26,243 nucleotides of DNA from Candidatus Hodarchaeota archaeon (GCA_029856365.1 JAHQWW010000045.1:1-26243); one strand, 5' to 3'. Counted from the first letter of the stretch, positions 1 through 8,221 are shown. Translations and numbers: made by a program. Notes: generated by a model from the letters alone, not told the origin.

Positions 1-2
1 AA

Positions 3-134
3 TTAATCCAGTATAGCCTCCCTATTTTTGTGATAGGTTTTATTTCAGTCTTAATTGCATTGCTTCTTGCAAAAATTAAAATAACACAAAGCTCTTTCTT
101 AAAAATGTTAATTCTGGAAAATAATGTTATTTAA
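3..134 (+). CDS. 3' end of a probable membrane protein (5' truncated by window edge)
   Basis: Open frame from 3 to TAA at 132-134, LIQYSLPIFVIGFISVLIALLLAKIKITQ...: a hydrophobic helix followed by basic residues. Confidence 0.5.
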   Translation, partial: LIQYSLPIFVIGFISVLIALLLAKIKITQSSFLKMLILENNVI

Positions 135-194
135 CTAAACTGACTAAACGCTCCTAACCTGGCATATTTAACTTGAAGTTGATTATTCAGTTGA

Positions 195-322
195 CTGCCA
201 CTAATTGCACAAGGACTATTTTTCTCAAAAAATGTGGAAATTAAGTAGTCCTATCGTCAGATAGCTTCAGGAGTCAGCAGCTTCAATGTGAGAGCATCTG
301 GTCTGATGTCTGTACGCTGTTC
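195..322 (+). repeat. Dispersed repeat, copy 1
   Basis: ctgccactaattgcacaagg...tgtggaaattaagtagtcctatcgtcagatagcttcaggagtcagcagcttca-N16-tctgatgtctgt; aligns by eye with copies at 1932, 5279, 5970, 8136, 13631 and 14422. Confidence 0.9.
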
Positions 323-399
323 TTTGATTTTCGGGAAATTAAACATATCATGAGACTCAGGTGAGGAAAGAAATCGTGACGAACCACACATCTGCGAGT

Positions 400-552
400 A
401 TGAATAAGACAAATCCCGATGAATATTTACTAAAAATCTGTATTATAGGATCACCTGATGAGTTAAAAACGAGAATGACTCGTACATTTGCTGTAGGAAA
501 ATTTACAACACATTATTTACCCACTCTGGGAGTTGACATCACGACTAAACAA
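400..552 (+). pseudogene. N-terminal fragment of a Rab-like small GTPase
   Basis: YLLKICIIG(SPDELKT)...GKFTTHYLPTLGVDITTKQ matches Rab beta1, a degenerate G1 and switch I (Y.PT.GVD). Similarity stops after TTKQ, with no WDxxG or NKxD in the rest of ORF 361..666. Confidence 0.7.
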
Positions 553-789
553 ACCAATTCAAAAAGGGAAGCGACATCAGTACCACAATACCGCCATAAA
601 TCAGTAAAACCACGACAATTTCTTTATTATTTTCAGGCCACTCCTTCTGTATTACCTTTCTCATAGGATACATAATAAATGAGCTGATTCTTCGAGGTAA
701 AGGAAGTAGGAAAGGTGTTCGCTCGCGCCAAGTAAGATATTCTTCAGTATGTTGTCGAATCATCGTATTCGAATTGTAGATTTCAGCCT

Positions 790-1380
790 TTATTCATACG
801 CCCATACACTTATCTCTTTCCATCTTACATTTAATGTTTTAAAAACTCGTATGACTGGGAATGCATTTTTTCTATCACAATATAAAACACTTCTTGCGAT
901 CTTTTTGACATTTAAATCTGTTGTAATCCCTTTAAACGATGAGGTATAGAATTTTTCACGAGTTTTGAAAGAACTCTTTCCACCATAGAGTGCTCTATGT
1001 AATTTCATCTTTGTCTTCTGATCGCACTCTGAGGTATCGTAGACAAGTATCATTTTTGGTTTTAATGATGTTTGTTGTATCATTATAGTAATGGGAGTTC
1101 CAAAAAGAAGAATCCCATCTCCAGCTAACGCATTTTGTAATTCTTCTTCAGCTTTTAATTCATCCAGGCTCATCTGAGTAACTTGCATACCCTCATCTTT
1201 AATGGCTTCAATAAGTTCTTCCTTTTTCTGATCTTTCTGATCATAAATTATGGCCAAATCAATATCGGATTTAATTGTATCGTCCCCTGTTGCTACACTT
1301 CCAAAGAGAATGATTGAAAGAATATTACTCTTGTCTTTAATCTTTCTTGTGAAATTAATTGCTTTATTTAAACTAAACAT
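790..1380 (-). CDS. Minimal nucleotidyltransferase (MNT) antitoxin with C-terminal Cas2/VapD-like extension
   Basis: GSVATGDDTIKSDIDL is a GS-x10-DxD motif; C-terminal MILVYDTS...KLHRALYG...KKIARSVL; overlaps the upstream HEPN gene by 8 nt. Confidence 0.85.
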   Translation of the reverse strand: MFSLNKAINFTRKIKDKSNILSIILFGSVATGDDTIKSDIDLAIIYDQKDQKKEELIEAIKDEGMQVTQMSLDELKAEEELQNALAGDGILLFGTPITIMIQQTSLKPKMILVYDTSECDQKTKMKLHRALYGGKSSFKTREKFYTSSFKGITTDLNVKKIARSVLYCDRKNAFPVIRVFKTLNVRWKEISVWAYE

Positions 1381-1747
1381 TCAATATTCGCCTGCATATT
1401 CTCTTTATTATTTCATACTGCTTTTTTGCGTCTTTTGAGTACTTCCCATTTGTTCCACTGCCATATACATGCTTCGGTCTTAAATTTTCAATTTTCTCAA
1501 TAGCAGTCCATACTTCATCACTATAATTTCTCAATCTTTTCTCATGAACTAACACAGAATACATTTTGTTATGTTTTTCATCCTTATCAATCCTAAGGGT
1601 GTTTAGCTTATGCATCGCTGCGTTGACATAGTGGTTAGTGAGTAACATAATTAACTCGATTATCGCTTCATAATCTGTATCATCGTTTAGTTTCCTTAAA
1701 CTTGCATCAAGATGCTGGATTTTTTCTAGATGGGTTTCAATCTTCAT
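1373..1747 (-). CDS. HEPN-domain protein (UPF0332-like), partner of MNT
   Basis: 124 aa, helical; KHNKM...IENLRPKHVYG resembles the HEPN H...R..xxY pattern; translationally coupled to MNT. Confidence 0.7.
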   Translation of the reverse strand: MKIETHLEKIQHLDASLRKLNDDTDYEAIIELIMLLTNHYVNAAMHKLNTLRIDKDEKHNKMYSVLVHEKRLRNYSDEVWTAIEKIENLRPKHVYGSGTNGKYSKDAKKQYEIIKRICRRILNV

Positions 1748-1758
1748 GTTATTATATA

Positions 1759-1869
1759 TAACAAAATGGTGTTAAAAAGCTTTCTGTTATACTTATTCGA
1801 CATACTTGTATTTATGATGCTTATGTTATAGTTATTTAACAAAACAGTGTTAAAAAGCTTTCTGTTATA
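1759..1869 (-). promoter_or_regulatory. Duplicated BRE/TATA promoter-operator unit of the HEPN-MNT operon
   Basis: 33-nt direct repeat taacaaaa(tg/ca)gtgttaaaaagctttctgttata at 1759-1791 and 1837-1869; minus strand reads GAAAGCTTTTTAA about 25 nt before the HEPN ATG; flanked by TAACA/TGTTA half sites. Confidence 0.65.
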
Positions 1870-1931
1870 TATATTTAACATAACAATGATTTGTGATTTA
1901 TTTCAATAATAATTACCTTTCAATAAGTTTG

Positions 1932-2050
1932 AGTCATAACCAGCATAAAGGCACCCTGTGTGGGAATTTTTCGAAAATCTCTCGTCAGGTGGCTTCAGGA
2001 GTCGGTAGCTTCAGTTGGAGTAGGATCGGTCTGATGTCTGTATGTTGTTC
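1932..2050 (+). repeat. Dispersed repeat, copy 2
   Basis: ...aaaatctctcgtcaggtggcttcaggagtcggtagcttca-N16-tctgatgtctgtatgttgttc. Confidence 0.9.
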
Positions 2051-2227
2051 GAAGATCGAAGGCGTAAGTAAAGTTAGTATTGAATCTCTTGTGACTGAAG
2101 TGAAACCATCTTGTTTGAGCTAGGAAGAAGTCATTACTTCTCTCAAAAACGAAATTTCTAAATGAACGCAGCCGGTGGATTAGACGGTTGCGTATGAGTA
2201 TTCTTCTTTTCATTCCTTATATTATTG
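2050..2227 (+). pseudogene. Duplicated 3' fragment and downstream region of the 8403..8849 gene
   Basis: About 178 nt aligning to 8776-8952 with roughly 20 differences by hand count; encodes KIEGVSKVSIESLVTEVKPS. Confidence 0.9.
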
Positions 2228-2251
2228 TTGAAGCTCTTTTAGGCCTCCTCG

Positions 2252-4951
2252 CTAGTGATTTACCCCCAGATTTTTCGAAAAGAATTTATTATCTTTTTGA
2301 GTTTGCTTTCCTCTTTTTTTCGTTAGTTCATCAAATAATGAGCGTCCTTGATTGTATAGCGCATAATAGAGATCGACAATCCCTATTGTAGGATATGGGT
2401 CTAATCCGAGTTCTTGTGACAGTTGCTGGAGGTACATGAGGTTATCGTCGGGCAGAAAATCATTCAGATCCTTTTTCTCGGCCTGAGTAGTGATGCTAGA
2501 GGCTTGGAGGCTTTGTTGGATCTCTTTGTTTGAGTGCTGTTTTTGTAGCTGGGTGATTTCTAATAGGAGATTATTGACCATCGTGTGTGCCAGATCAAAC
2601 AGGTGCCGAAAACCTTGCCATTCTAATGAATCTATCATCACCAGGTCGTGGTATTCTGCGATTCGCATCCATGGAATCGATGTTACCCGTATATGGCGTA
2701 AAAAATTGACCAATCTCCCGATCAGGGTCTTGACCTTCGAATTGGTATCCGCCCGCTCCTTAGGTGAGGAGGTAATATCATAAAATGATTCTAAACGTTT
2801 TAATTCTTGGTGAGCTTGTCCAACTTCCTCAATTGTCAGTGGAGCGGGCATTGAATTTACAAACGCATATTGTTTGGCGTAATATTCTCGTCCTTTCTCG
2901 GTAATGATCCAGTAGGTGGCTCCCCTATCTATTTCGGTAGTAAATAGTCCTAACGATTTCAATTGGTTTAAGGAGAGTTCCTCCTGTTTTGTACTTTCGA
3001 GGATTCCTATGATTTCACCTGTTTGACATGGCTGGTGGATTAACAATTTCAGGAGTTTCATCAGTATCTCGTATTTCATAGGGGTTAACCCTAGTGTTTC
3101 CGAACCTCGCTGCTTTGTTTTGAGCACTGTGACTGGTTTTAGATCAACAGGTAACCTTTGGTCCAGTTTAAAATGGAACCCAACATTTTGTGGGGCATCT
3201 TCTCGGAACAGCAATCCTTCTCCTTCTATAATCCCTAGCGATTGTTGTTGTTGTTGTTTATAAGCGGAGGATTTTGTTTTCTGGCCTATTTTTAATTCAT
3301 GTCGGGTCATCACGAGCTTTCGATCTTGGGCATTAACCATTTTTAAATAGACGGTATTTCTGATTTCATCAAACGTGTCCATATTCATGGCCAGTTCCTG
3401 TAATTGATGACTGCTTACTATCAAGATATTGTGACTGGTGATCGCGTTACAAGCATCCATTATACTGGAACTGCCAATTTTTCGATCGCGTTTATATCCT
3501 GCTTGTTCGGTGAGAAATTCTGGTGTATGAGTCAGGACTACACATCCCTTTCTCATGCTTTGTGAGAGGTAGTGGAGTAAGAATCCCACGGTGGCTCTAT
3601 GGATCAGTGGGGGTTGTGCCCCAAACTGAAAGAACGTCATTGTATTTTCTCGCACTAGGGTATTACTGTAATGTCCTGTAAATGAGGGATAGTTCACCTC
3701 TGGAAATGATCGAAATTGTTCTAGCACCCCTACGATTGCCTCAATTGCCATCATATCTGCATATATCATATTACCCTCTGAATTTTCCTCCACATCGCTT
3801 TCGTTTCCCCCTCCAAAACTCAGGCTCACATCTCGCAGTGTGAATAAGTGGGTTTTTTTCGCAGTTTTTCTGATTTGGGATTCTAAGGGCACCGCATAAC
3901 GAGCGGTCAGGTATTCTGAGGTGTTTAGCGAACTCAGCAGGAGTTGACTGATCAAATGGGATTTCCACGCTGCTTGGGCTTCTATCTCTTGTTTTTCCCC
4001 ACTTGGTGATCTCGGGACGATCACATCACACAGGTTCAGGTGAATATTGGTGCCTAATTGAAACATTTGTACGGGGAAATCTTTAGGAGGATGAGTCTGA
4101 AAATAGTTAATGATCCCATTGAGTTCGTTATGGGTATCTATCACAAAAATCTGCCTAGTGGTTCCTGTGGTTCTTATGCCGTTGAGCAGTTGTTGCACTA
4201 CGGATATTGTTTCTCTTTTATTGGATCCACAGACTAATACGGTGCCTGTGGTTAATGTGGGAAATCCAACTGGCCGTGCAGGATTTTTTATTCGAGTTCC
4301 TAGTTGGTATGTAACTGGAAGATCAGGGCTAGCGTAATCCTGAAATTGTCTTGAGGGTACTCGATCTAATTGCAGAAACGGTTCTATGAGTTTTGAATGG
4401 AATCCTTTCTGTCCCTTAAAGACAGTGACGGCTTCGGGTACTCTCTTCCTATGGAAATATACTTGACTAATTTGTTCCCCAGTAATTAAGGTGACTTTAA
4501 ATCCTGCTGCTTGGAGGATTGTGTGCATTGTCGATCGGCGTTTAACAAACTTTTTTCGGGCTTTCTGAACGAGTATGGGGAGAATTCTCTCAAAATTGAC
4601 CCAAAACTTCAATGAAACCTCGACGAGGAGGAGTAAGGCAGTGTGGGAGTCATCTGCGTCAGCATATTTGGATTTAGTTGAGCGTGCGGGGAAAATTTCT
4701 CTAATTACTTTCACTCCCTCTTCATCACTCACCAAGGACAGGCTTCGGGCTGCATCCATGAAGTCCTTCCGCGGTTGGAGGGCAAAGATCGAAACCAGTC
4801 CAGCGAGCGGTGCCCAGGGGATATCCATTTTGACATAATCAGGTTTCTGCATGATGAATAAGGTAGATTTATCCTCCAACACTTTCGTTGCGAGTGGCAT
4901 TCTCCTTACTGATCTATCTCGGTACGCGTGGATACCCCAATCAGCTTTCAT
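2252..4951 (-). CDS. Large HerA/VirB4-like P-loop protein with degenerate Walker motifs and C-terminal wHTH-like segment
   Basis: TVLVCGSNKRETIS at the Walker A position (no GKT/S), IFVIDTHNEL (cf. D.kgEy), HLNLCD, CVVLTHTPEFL at the Walker B position (no DE), LIVSSHQ; C-terminal YWIITEKGREY resembles a wHTH wing. Confidence 0.65.
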   Translation of the reverse strand: MKADWGIHAYRDRSVRRMPLATKVLEDKSTLFIMQKPDYVKMDIPWAPLAGLVSIFALQPRKDFMDAARSLSLVSDEEGVKVIREIFPARSTKSKYADADDSHTALLLLVEVSLKFWVNFERILPILVQKARKKFVKRRSTMHTILQAAGFKVTLITGEQISQVYFHRKRVPEAVTVFKGQKGFHSKLIEPFLQLDRVPSRQFQDYASPDLPVTYQLGTRIKNPARPVGFPTLTTGTVLVCGSNKRETISVVQQLLNGIRTTGTTRQIFVIDTHNELNGIINYFQTHPPKDFPVQMFQLGTNIHLNLCDVIVPRSPSGEKQEIEAQAAWKSHLISQLLLSSLNTSEYLTARYAVPLESQIRKTAKKTHLFTLRDVSLSFGGGNESDVEENSEGNMIYADMMAIEAIVGVLEQFRSFPEVNYPSFTGHYSNTLVRENTMTFFQFGAQPPLIHRATVGFLLHYLSQSMRKGCVVLTHTPEFLTEQAGYKRDRKIGSSSIMDACNAITSHNILIVSSHQLQELAMNMDTFDEIRNTVYLKMVNAQDRKLVMTRHELKIGQKTKSSAYKQQQQQSLGIIEGEGLLFREDAPQNVGFHFKLDQRLPVDLKPVTVLKTKQRGSETLGLTPMKYEILMKLLKLLIHQPCQTGEIIGILESTKQEELSLNQLKSLGLFTTEIDRGATYWIITEKGREYYAKQYAFVNSMPAPLTIEEVGQAHQELKRLESFYDITSSPKERADTNSKVKTLIGRLVNFLRHIRVTSIPWMRIAEYHDLVMIDSLEWQGFRHLFDLAHTMVNNLLLEITQLQKQHSNKEIQQSLQASSITTQAEKKDLNDFLPDDNLMYLQQLSQELGLDPYPTIGIVDLYYALYNQGRSLFDELTKKRGKQTQKDNKFFSKNLGVNH

Positions 4952-4985
4952 TAGTGAATCACTCTAGCTATTGATTCTCTCCCCT

Positions 4986-5034
4986 CTTTATATATTCAAA
5001 AACTCCCAATTGGTCTTCATTTTGAATATAAAAG
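4986..5034. promoter_or_regulatory. Divergent TATA boxes within an 11-bp inverted repeat
   Basis: tatattcaaaa (4991-5001) and ttttgaatata (5020-5030) lie between divergent ORFs ending at 4951 (-) and starting at 5062 (+). Confidence 0.5.
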
Positions 5035-5061
5035 GTTTCATGGGGATGATTACTGAGTATT

Positions 5062-5325
5062 ATGGCATCTTTCAAGAATCCAGTAATTCCGAAAATTTTT
5101 CTCCAAGCGCATGAACAGATGATTCAAGGCTTTGCTTTTGACCAGCGAGGTCAACTTTCCAACGCTCGTGATTCTTACATGCAAGCCACTCGTCTTTATG
5201 CCCCTCTTTTTAAGAAATTTCCCCAAGCAGCCTACCCAGACATGTGGCGGAGAGAAGCGACTCTTTGTCTTAAGACATTGGCTGCCACTAATCGCACAAG
5301 GGCTAACTGTGTGGAAATTAAGTAG
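5062..5325 (+). CDS. Small MIT-domain-like protein; C-terminus derived from the dispersed repeat
   Basis: FLQAHEQMIQGFAFDQRGQLSNARDSYMQATRLY fits the MIT helix pattern A....A...D..G....A...Y..A; the last ~15 codons lie inside repeat copy 3. Confidence 0.55.
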   Translation: MASFKNPVIPKIFLQAHEQMIQGFAFDQRGQLSNARDSYMQATRLYAPLFKKFPQAAYPDMWRREATLCLKTLAATNRTRANCVEIK

Positions 5326-5390
5326 TCCTATCGTCAGGTGGCTTCAGGAGTCCCCAGCTTCAAATAGACGAATATTGGTCTGATGTCTGT
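5279..5390 (+). repeat. Dispersed repeat, copy 3
   Basis: ggctgccactaatcgcacaaggg...gtggaaattaagtagtcctatcgtcaggtggcttcaggagtccccagcttca-N16-tctgatgtctgt. Confidence 0.9.
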
Positions 5391-5579
5391 CTGCTATGAT
5401 TCTATTTTTCCACTTAAAATAATATCTCCGACAAAAAATCCAAAATCAATTATTTTTAGCTTAAAATCGCGGAAATTCCACTAAAAACTCGGAGAGATTC
5501 TCGAGATACCCTTTTATTACCATGAGCACCTTAAATTACGAGAAGGGAATTTCGTCGGATATACAAAAGAAGGGAAAAC

Positions 5580-5846
5580 ATGAATCATTGCCAGATATGT
5601 GGAAGGGATAGCTATCTTATCCAGTGTTCTAGCTGTCAAAGATATACTTGCGAGTTCTGTATCACTTTAATTTCTCAAACAGGGTGGGAAAGACTACAAC
5701 ATTGTTTATATTGTGGAACCCGATTTAAGGAATTTTTTAGAAAAAGGAGTAGAGAGAAAATTAAATGTTTGAATTTAGCTTGCAAGGCTTGTTATCCACC
5801 CAAGAAGGAGGCTGTAGAGAAGCGAGAGACACCACAACCTTTGTGA
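5580..5846 (+). CDS. Small Cys-rich zinc-finger protein
   Basis: CQIC, CSSC, CEFC, CLYC, C..CKAC pairs; purine-rich sequence before the ATG. Confidence 0.65.
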   Translation: MNHCQICGRDSYLIQCSSCQRYTCEFCITLISQTGWERLQHCLYCGTRFKEFFRKRSREKIKCLNLACKACYPPKKEAVEKRETPQPL

Positions 5847-5969
5847 GTGAAAAACTTCCTAGGATTCCCTAATACCCCTAATTACGACTAGCGTAACACC
5901 TGGATAGAACTTTCTTATTCCGCTCTTCTATGCTTTCATTGTACTATTAAGATAGTGAAATAAAAATAA

Positions 5970-6067
5970 CTACCTAATCGTACCAGGGTTAATTTTCTCA
6001 AAAAATGTGGAAATTAAGATTTTTCACAAATCTTATCGTCAGGTGGCTTCAGGAGTCGTTTGCTTCA
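5970..6067 (+). repeat. Dispersed repeat, copy 4 (right end truncated near the vapC stop)
   Basis: ctaatcgtaccagggttaattttctcaaaaaatgtggaaattaagatttttcacaaatcttatcgtcaggtggcttcaggagtcgtttgcttca. Confidence 0.9.
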
Positions 6068-6081
6068 GATTAGGTACTTAG

Positions 6082-6504
6082 TTATTTCCAGTCTTCAAGA
6101 AGAATGATTCGCTCATCCTCTAATTTGGAGAATAATCTCTCATCTGCTGTTATGACTTCGATTTGATTTCTTCTCCCAATAGCAATGTAACTCGCATCAT
6201 AAATTGTTATTCCATATTGATAAGCTAAATCAATTGTTAGGTTTGCTAACTTTTCCTCAAAGGGTTCAATTCTGAATTGAAAATCAATTAGGGCTTTAAT
6301 TATCTTTTTCACGTCTTTGCTACCGAATTCTGGTTTGTAACGTAATACATTGGCGATTTCATAAAAGAAGAGTGCTGGGACAATTGGAGTTGCTTCTTTT
6401 TTGAGATAATCTCTGACTTCTAGTGCTTTTTCCGTATTGATTTCGTCAACAAACCATTTGAGTGCAACTGACGCGTCAACAACTAATGTCTGATCTCTCG
6501 CCAT
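6082..6504 (-). CDS. vapC: VapC PIN-domain toxin
   Basis: VVDASVALKWF, YEIANVL, TIYDASYIA, ITADERL: the full PIN acidic set. Confidence 0.93.
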   Translation of the reverse strand: MARDQTLVVDASVALKWFVDEINTEKALEVRDYLKKEATPIVPALFFYEIANVLRYKPEFGSKDVKKIIKALIDFQFRIEPFEEKLANLTIDLAYQYGITIYDASYIAIGRRNQIEVITADERLFSKLEDERIILLEDWK

Positions 6505-6731
6505 GCTCTCAATTCCTCTGTGGTGTTTCCCTTAGCCTTTCTCCGCAACTGATCCATTATTTGTATTGTATGGTCAATAACCTTACTATCCCGATCCATA
6601 ATTCTTTTTTCTTCCTCTTCAACTCTTTTAAGAACTGCTGTTCTCATAACTTCACTCCAATTTATGTGGGATAGCTTTTCAATCCGTTTTTTCAAGTTTT
6701 CTGGGATTTTTGTACTCATTGTTGGCATCAT
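6483..6731 (-). CDS. vapB: VapB antitoxin (RHH/CopG-like)
   Basis: TMSTKIPENLKKRIEKLSHINWSEVMR is a typical archaeal RHH antitoxin start; overlaps vapC. Confidence 0.85.
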   Translation of the reverse strand: MMPTMSTKIPENLKKRIEKLSHINWSEVMRTAVLKRVEEEEKRIMDRDSKVIDHTIQIMDQLRRKAKGNTTEELRAWREIRH

Positions 6732-6781
6732 CTTTCAAGAAAATTAATACCAATCGGTCTTAAAAATATTACCTTTCTTCC

Positions 6782-6802
6782 TGTGGAAATTAAAATTTTT
6801 CA
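6782..6802 (+). repeat. Short partial copy of the dispersed repeat
   Basis: tgtggaaattaaaatttttca vs tgtggaaattaagatttttca at 6006. Confidence 0.55.
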
Positions 6803-6867
6803 AGGAGAGGAATCCTTCAGTGACAGGGCATTCTGTTTAATGTTTCTTGGGAATATTCTACCGTAGT

Positions 6868-6971
6868 ACACTCTTTATTCTTATCTGTTTTTGATGATTG
6901 ATCTCTATGATAGTGCAGTAGTGTAAGTATGGGGTTTTCCGCTGACAGGTTCAGCCACTGATCGTACCTGG
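6868..6971 (+). repeat. Left-arm copy of the dispersed repeat
   Basis: actctttattcttatct...ttgatc...gatag...gacag.tt.agccactgatcgtacc aligns to 13631-13732 and runs into the gccactaatcg motif. Confidence 0.75.
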
Positions 6972-7335
6972 AAATCGTTTTTGAATTAGGTGATTTCATT
7001 AGATGAATCGAGAAAATAATATATGGTGGAATATTTGGAATCATTCCAAAATCCTTGCTTGTTTTGGAGTTTTTTTAAGAATTGTATCCCTTTCTTAATG
7101 AAAATTTATGGGTCTGAGGATATGAGGGTCCAATTGATCATAACAAACATCGAGGATTCGATAAGCAGCATATAATACCAGCCATTTCTTTAGGCGTTAG
7201 TCTTTCATTATCGAATCCTTGATTATTAGCCATTAACAAACCTTCTCAAAAATAACGAGAATCCGTAACTGAAATTTTTGGAGAGAGATTAAGGTTTAAT
7301 TACATATAGTAGTCAGCAAAATGTTTTTTCTCTTT

Positions 7336-7360
7336 AGCTTCAGGAGTCTGCAGCTTCAAT
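7336..7360 (+). repeat. Core of the dispersed repeat forming the 3' end of the PIN gene
   Basis: agcttcaggagtctgcagcttcaat; reverse strand encodes IEAADS-stop. Confidence 0.8.
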
Positions 7361-7759
7361 TAAAACCACGAGTTCATCTGGACTTAAGATATTTTCCTCC
7401 CCTAGCCAAGTAAAATGAGTTTTATTAAATGTGATCAGCTTTGATTTGTGAACCTGAGCGTGAGTTCCTATAATGAAGTCCCTTGCATGATGTCTAAACG
7501 GTAATGCTGAGTACTTTGCATTTTTACTAATATGGAAAATATTTTGATAGGTTAAATCATTTATCTCTGCTCCAAGTGCCTCAATATCCTTTTTAAACAA
7601 TTCTTCGGAGATTCCACGCACATTGTACCAATGAAATGTTTCTAAAGTACTAATCACAGATAGGAATACATCTAACTTATCCTTTGATAATTGTAACCAA
7701 TCAATAAAATCTTGGTCGCGAAAGATATTACTATCCAGACTTATCCGCAGGAATTTCAC
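7340..7759 (-). CDS. PIN-domain (VapC-like) toxin
   Basis: SLDSNIF, SVISTLE, ARDFIIGTHA, LITFNKTHF. Confidence 0.88.
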   Translation of the reverse strand: MKFLRISLDSNIFRDQDFIDWLQLSKDKLDVFLSVISTLETFHWYNVRGISEELFKKDIEALGAEINDLTYQNIFHISKNAKYSALPFRHHARDFIIGTHAQVHKSKLITFNKTHFTWLGEENILSPDELVVLIEAADS

Positions 7760-8033
7760 CCCAATTTGATATCCGCATATCCTCGATTAGAGGTCCTGGT
7801 GCTTTTAGCGCGTTTCGGATCGCTTTTCTCCATTGAAGATTTTTCCGTTTATTCACTGCTCTTTGAATAATCTCACGGGCTTTGGGATTAGGAGAGTACA
7901 ATTTCACACCTATTTCTTTTTCGAATAACCCAACTGCACGTGAAATTATGTCCCCTTGGGTCGTGTCGAGTTCGGCTGCTAATTTCTTGATTTTTTTGCG
8001 AAGTTCATCATCTACGGTCACAGAAGAAGGCAT
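7731..8033 (-). CDS. RHH-type antitoxin
   Basis: SSVTVDDELRKKIKKLAAELDTTQGDIISRAV; overlaps the downstream PIN gene. Confidence 0.8.
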   Translation of the reverse strand: MPSSVTVDDELRKKIKKLAAELDTTQGDIISRAVGLFEKEIGVKLYSPNPKAREIIQRAVNKRKNLQWRKAIRNALKAPGPLIEDMRISNWGEIPADKSG

Positions 8034-8135
8034 TTTTATTCAATCAGTGAATCCATGTATCCATTAATTAATGTTTCTATTTATACAGCAATCCACTAGG
8101 AGACTCAAAAAGAAGTTATCAAGGGGTACCATTTA

Positions 8136-8221
8136 GAAATTCAGTGGAACTATCATCAGTTGGCTTCAGGAGGCACTAGCTTCAATGAGAGAGCATTTGC
8201 TCTGATGTCTGTATCTTGTTC
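8136..8221 (+). repeat. Dispersed repeat, copy 6
   Basis: gaaattcagtggaactatcatcagttggcttcaggaggcactagcttca-N16-tctgatgtctgtatcttgttc. Confidence 0.88.

Noticed and set aside
545-763. 72-aa minus-strand ORF with a hydrophobic C-terminus
   Set aside because: May be a remnant of a membrane-protein gene joined to the GTPase fragment, but there is no recognisable family or start signal.
1893-2391. ORFs 1893..2123, 1995..2213 and 2188..2391
   Set aside because: Chimeric read-through of repeat copy 2 and the duplicated gene tail, or antisense to the 899-aa gene.
2490-4838. Short ORFs nested in or antisense to long genes (2490, 3771, 4110, 4575; likewise 13023, 18328-18721, 22907, 23519, 25013, 26036)
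   Set aside because: Shadow ORFs of better-supported genes with no motifs of their own.
6817-7044. 75-aa minus-strand ORF
   Set aside because: Overlaps the repeat left arm; the frame is not preserved in the 13631 copy.
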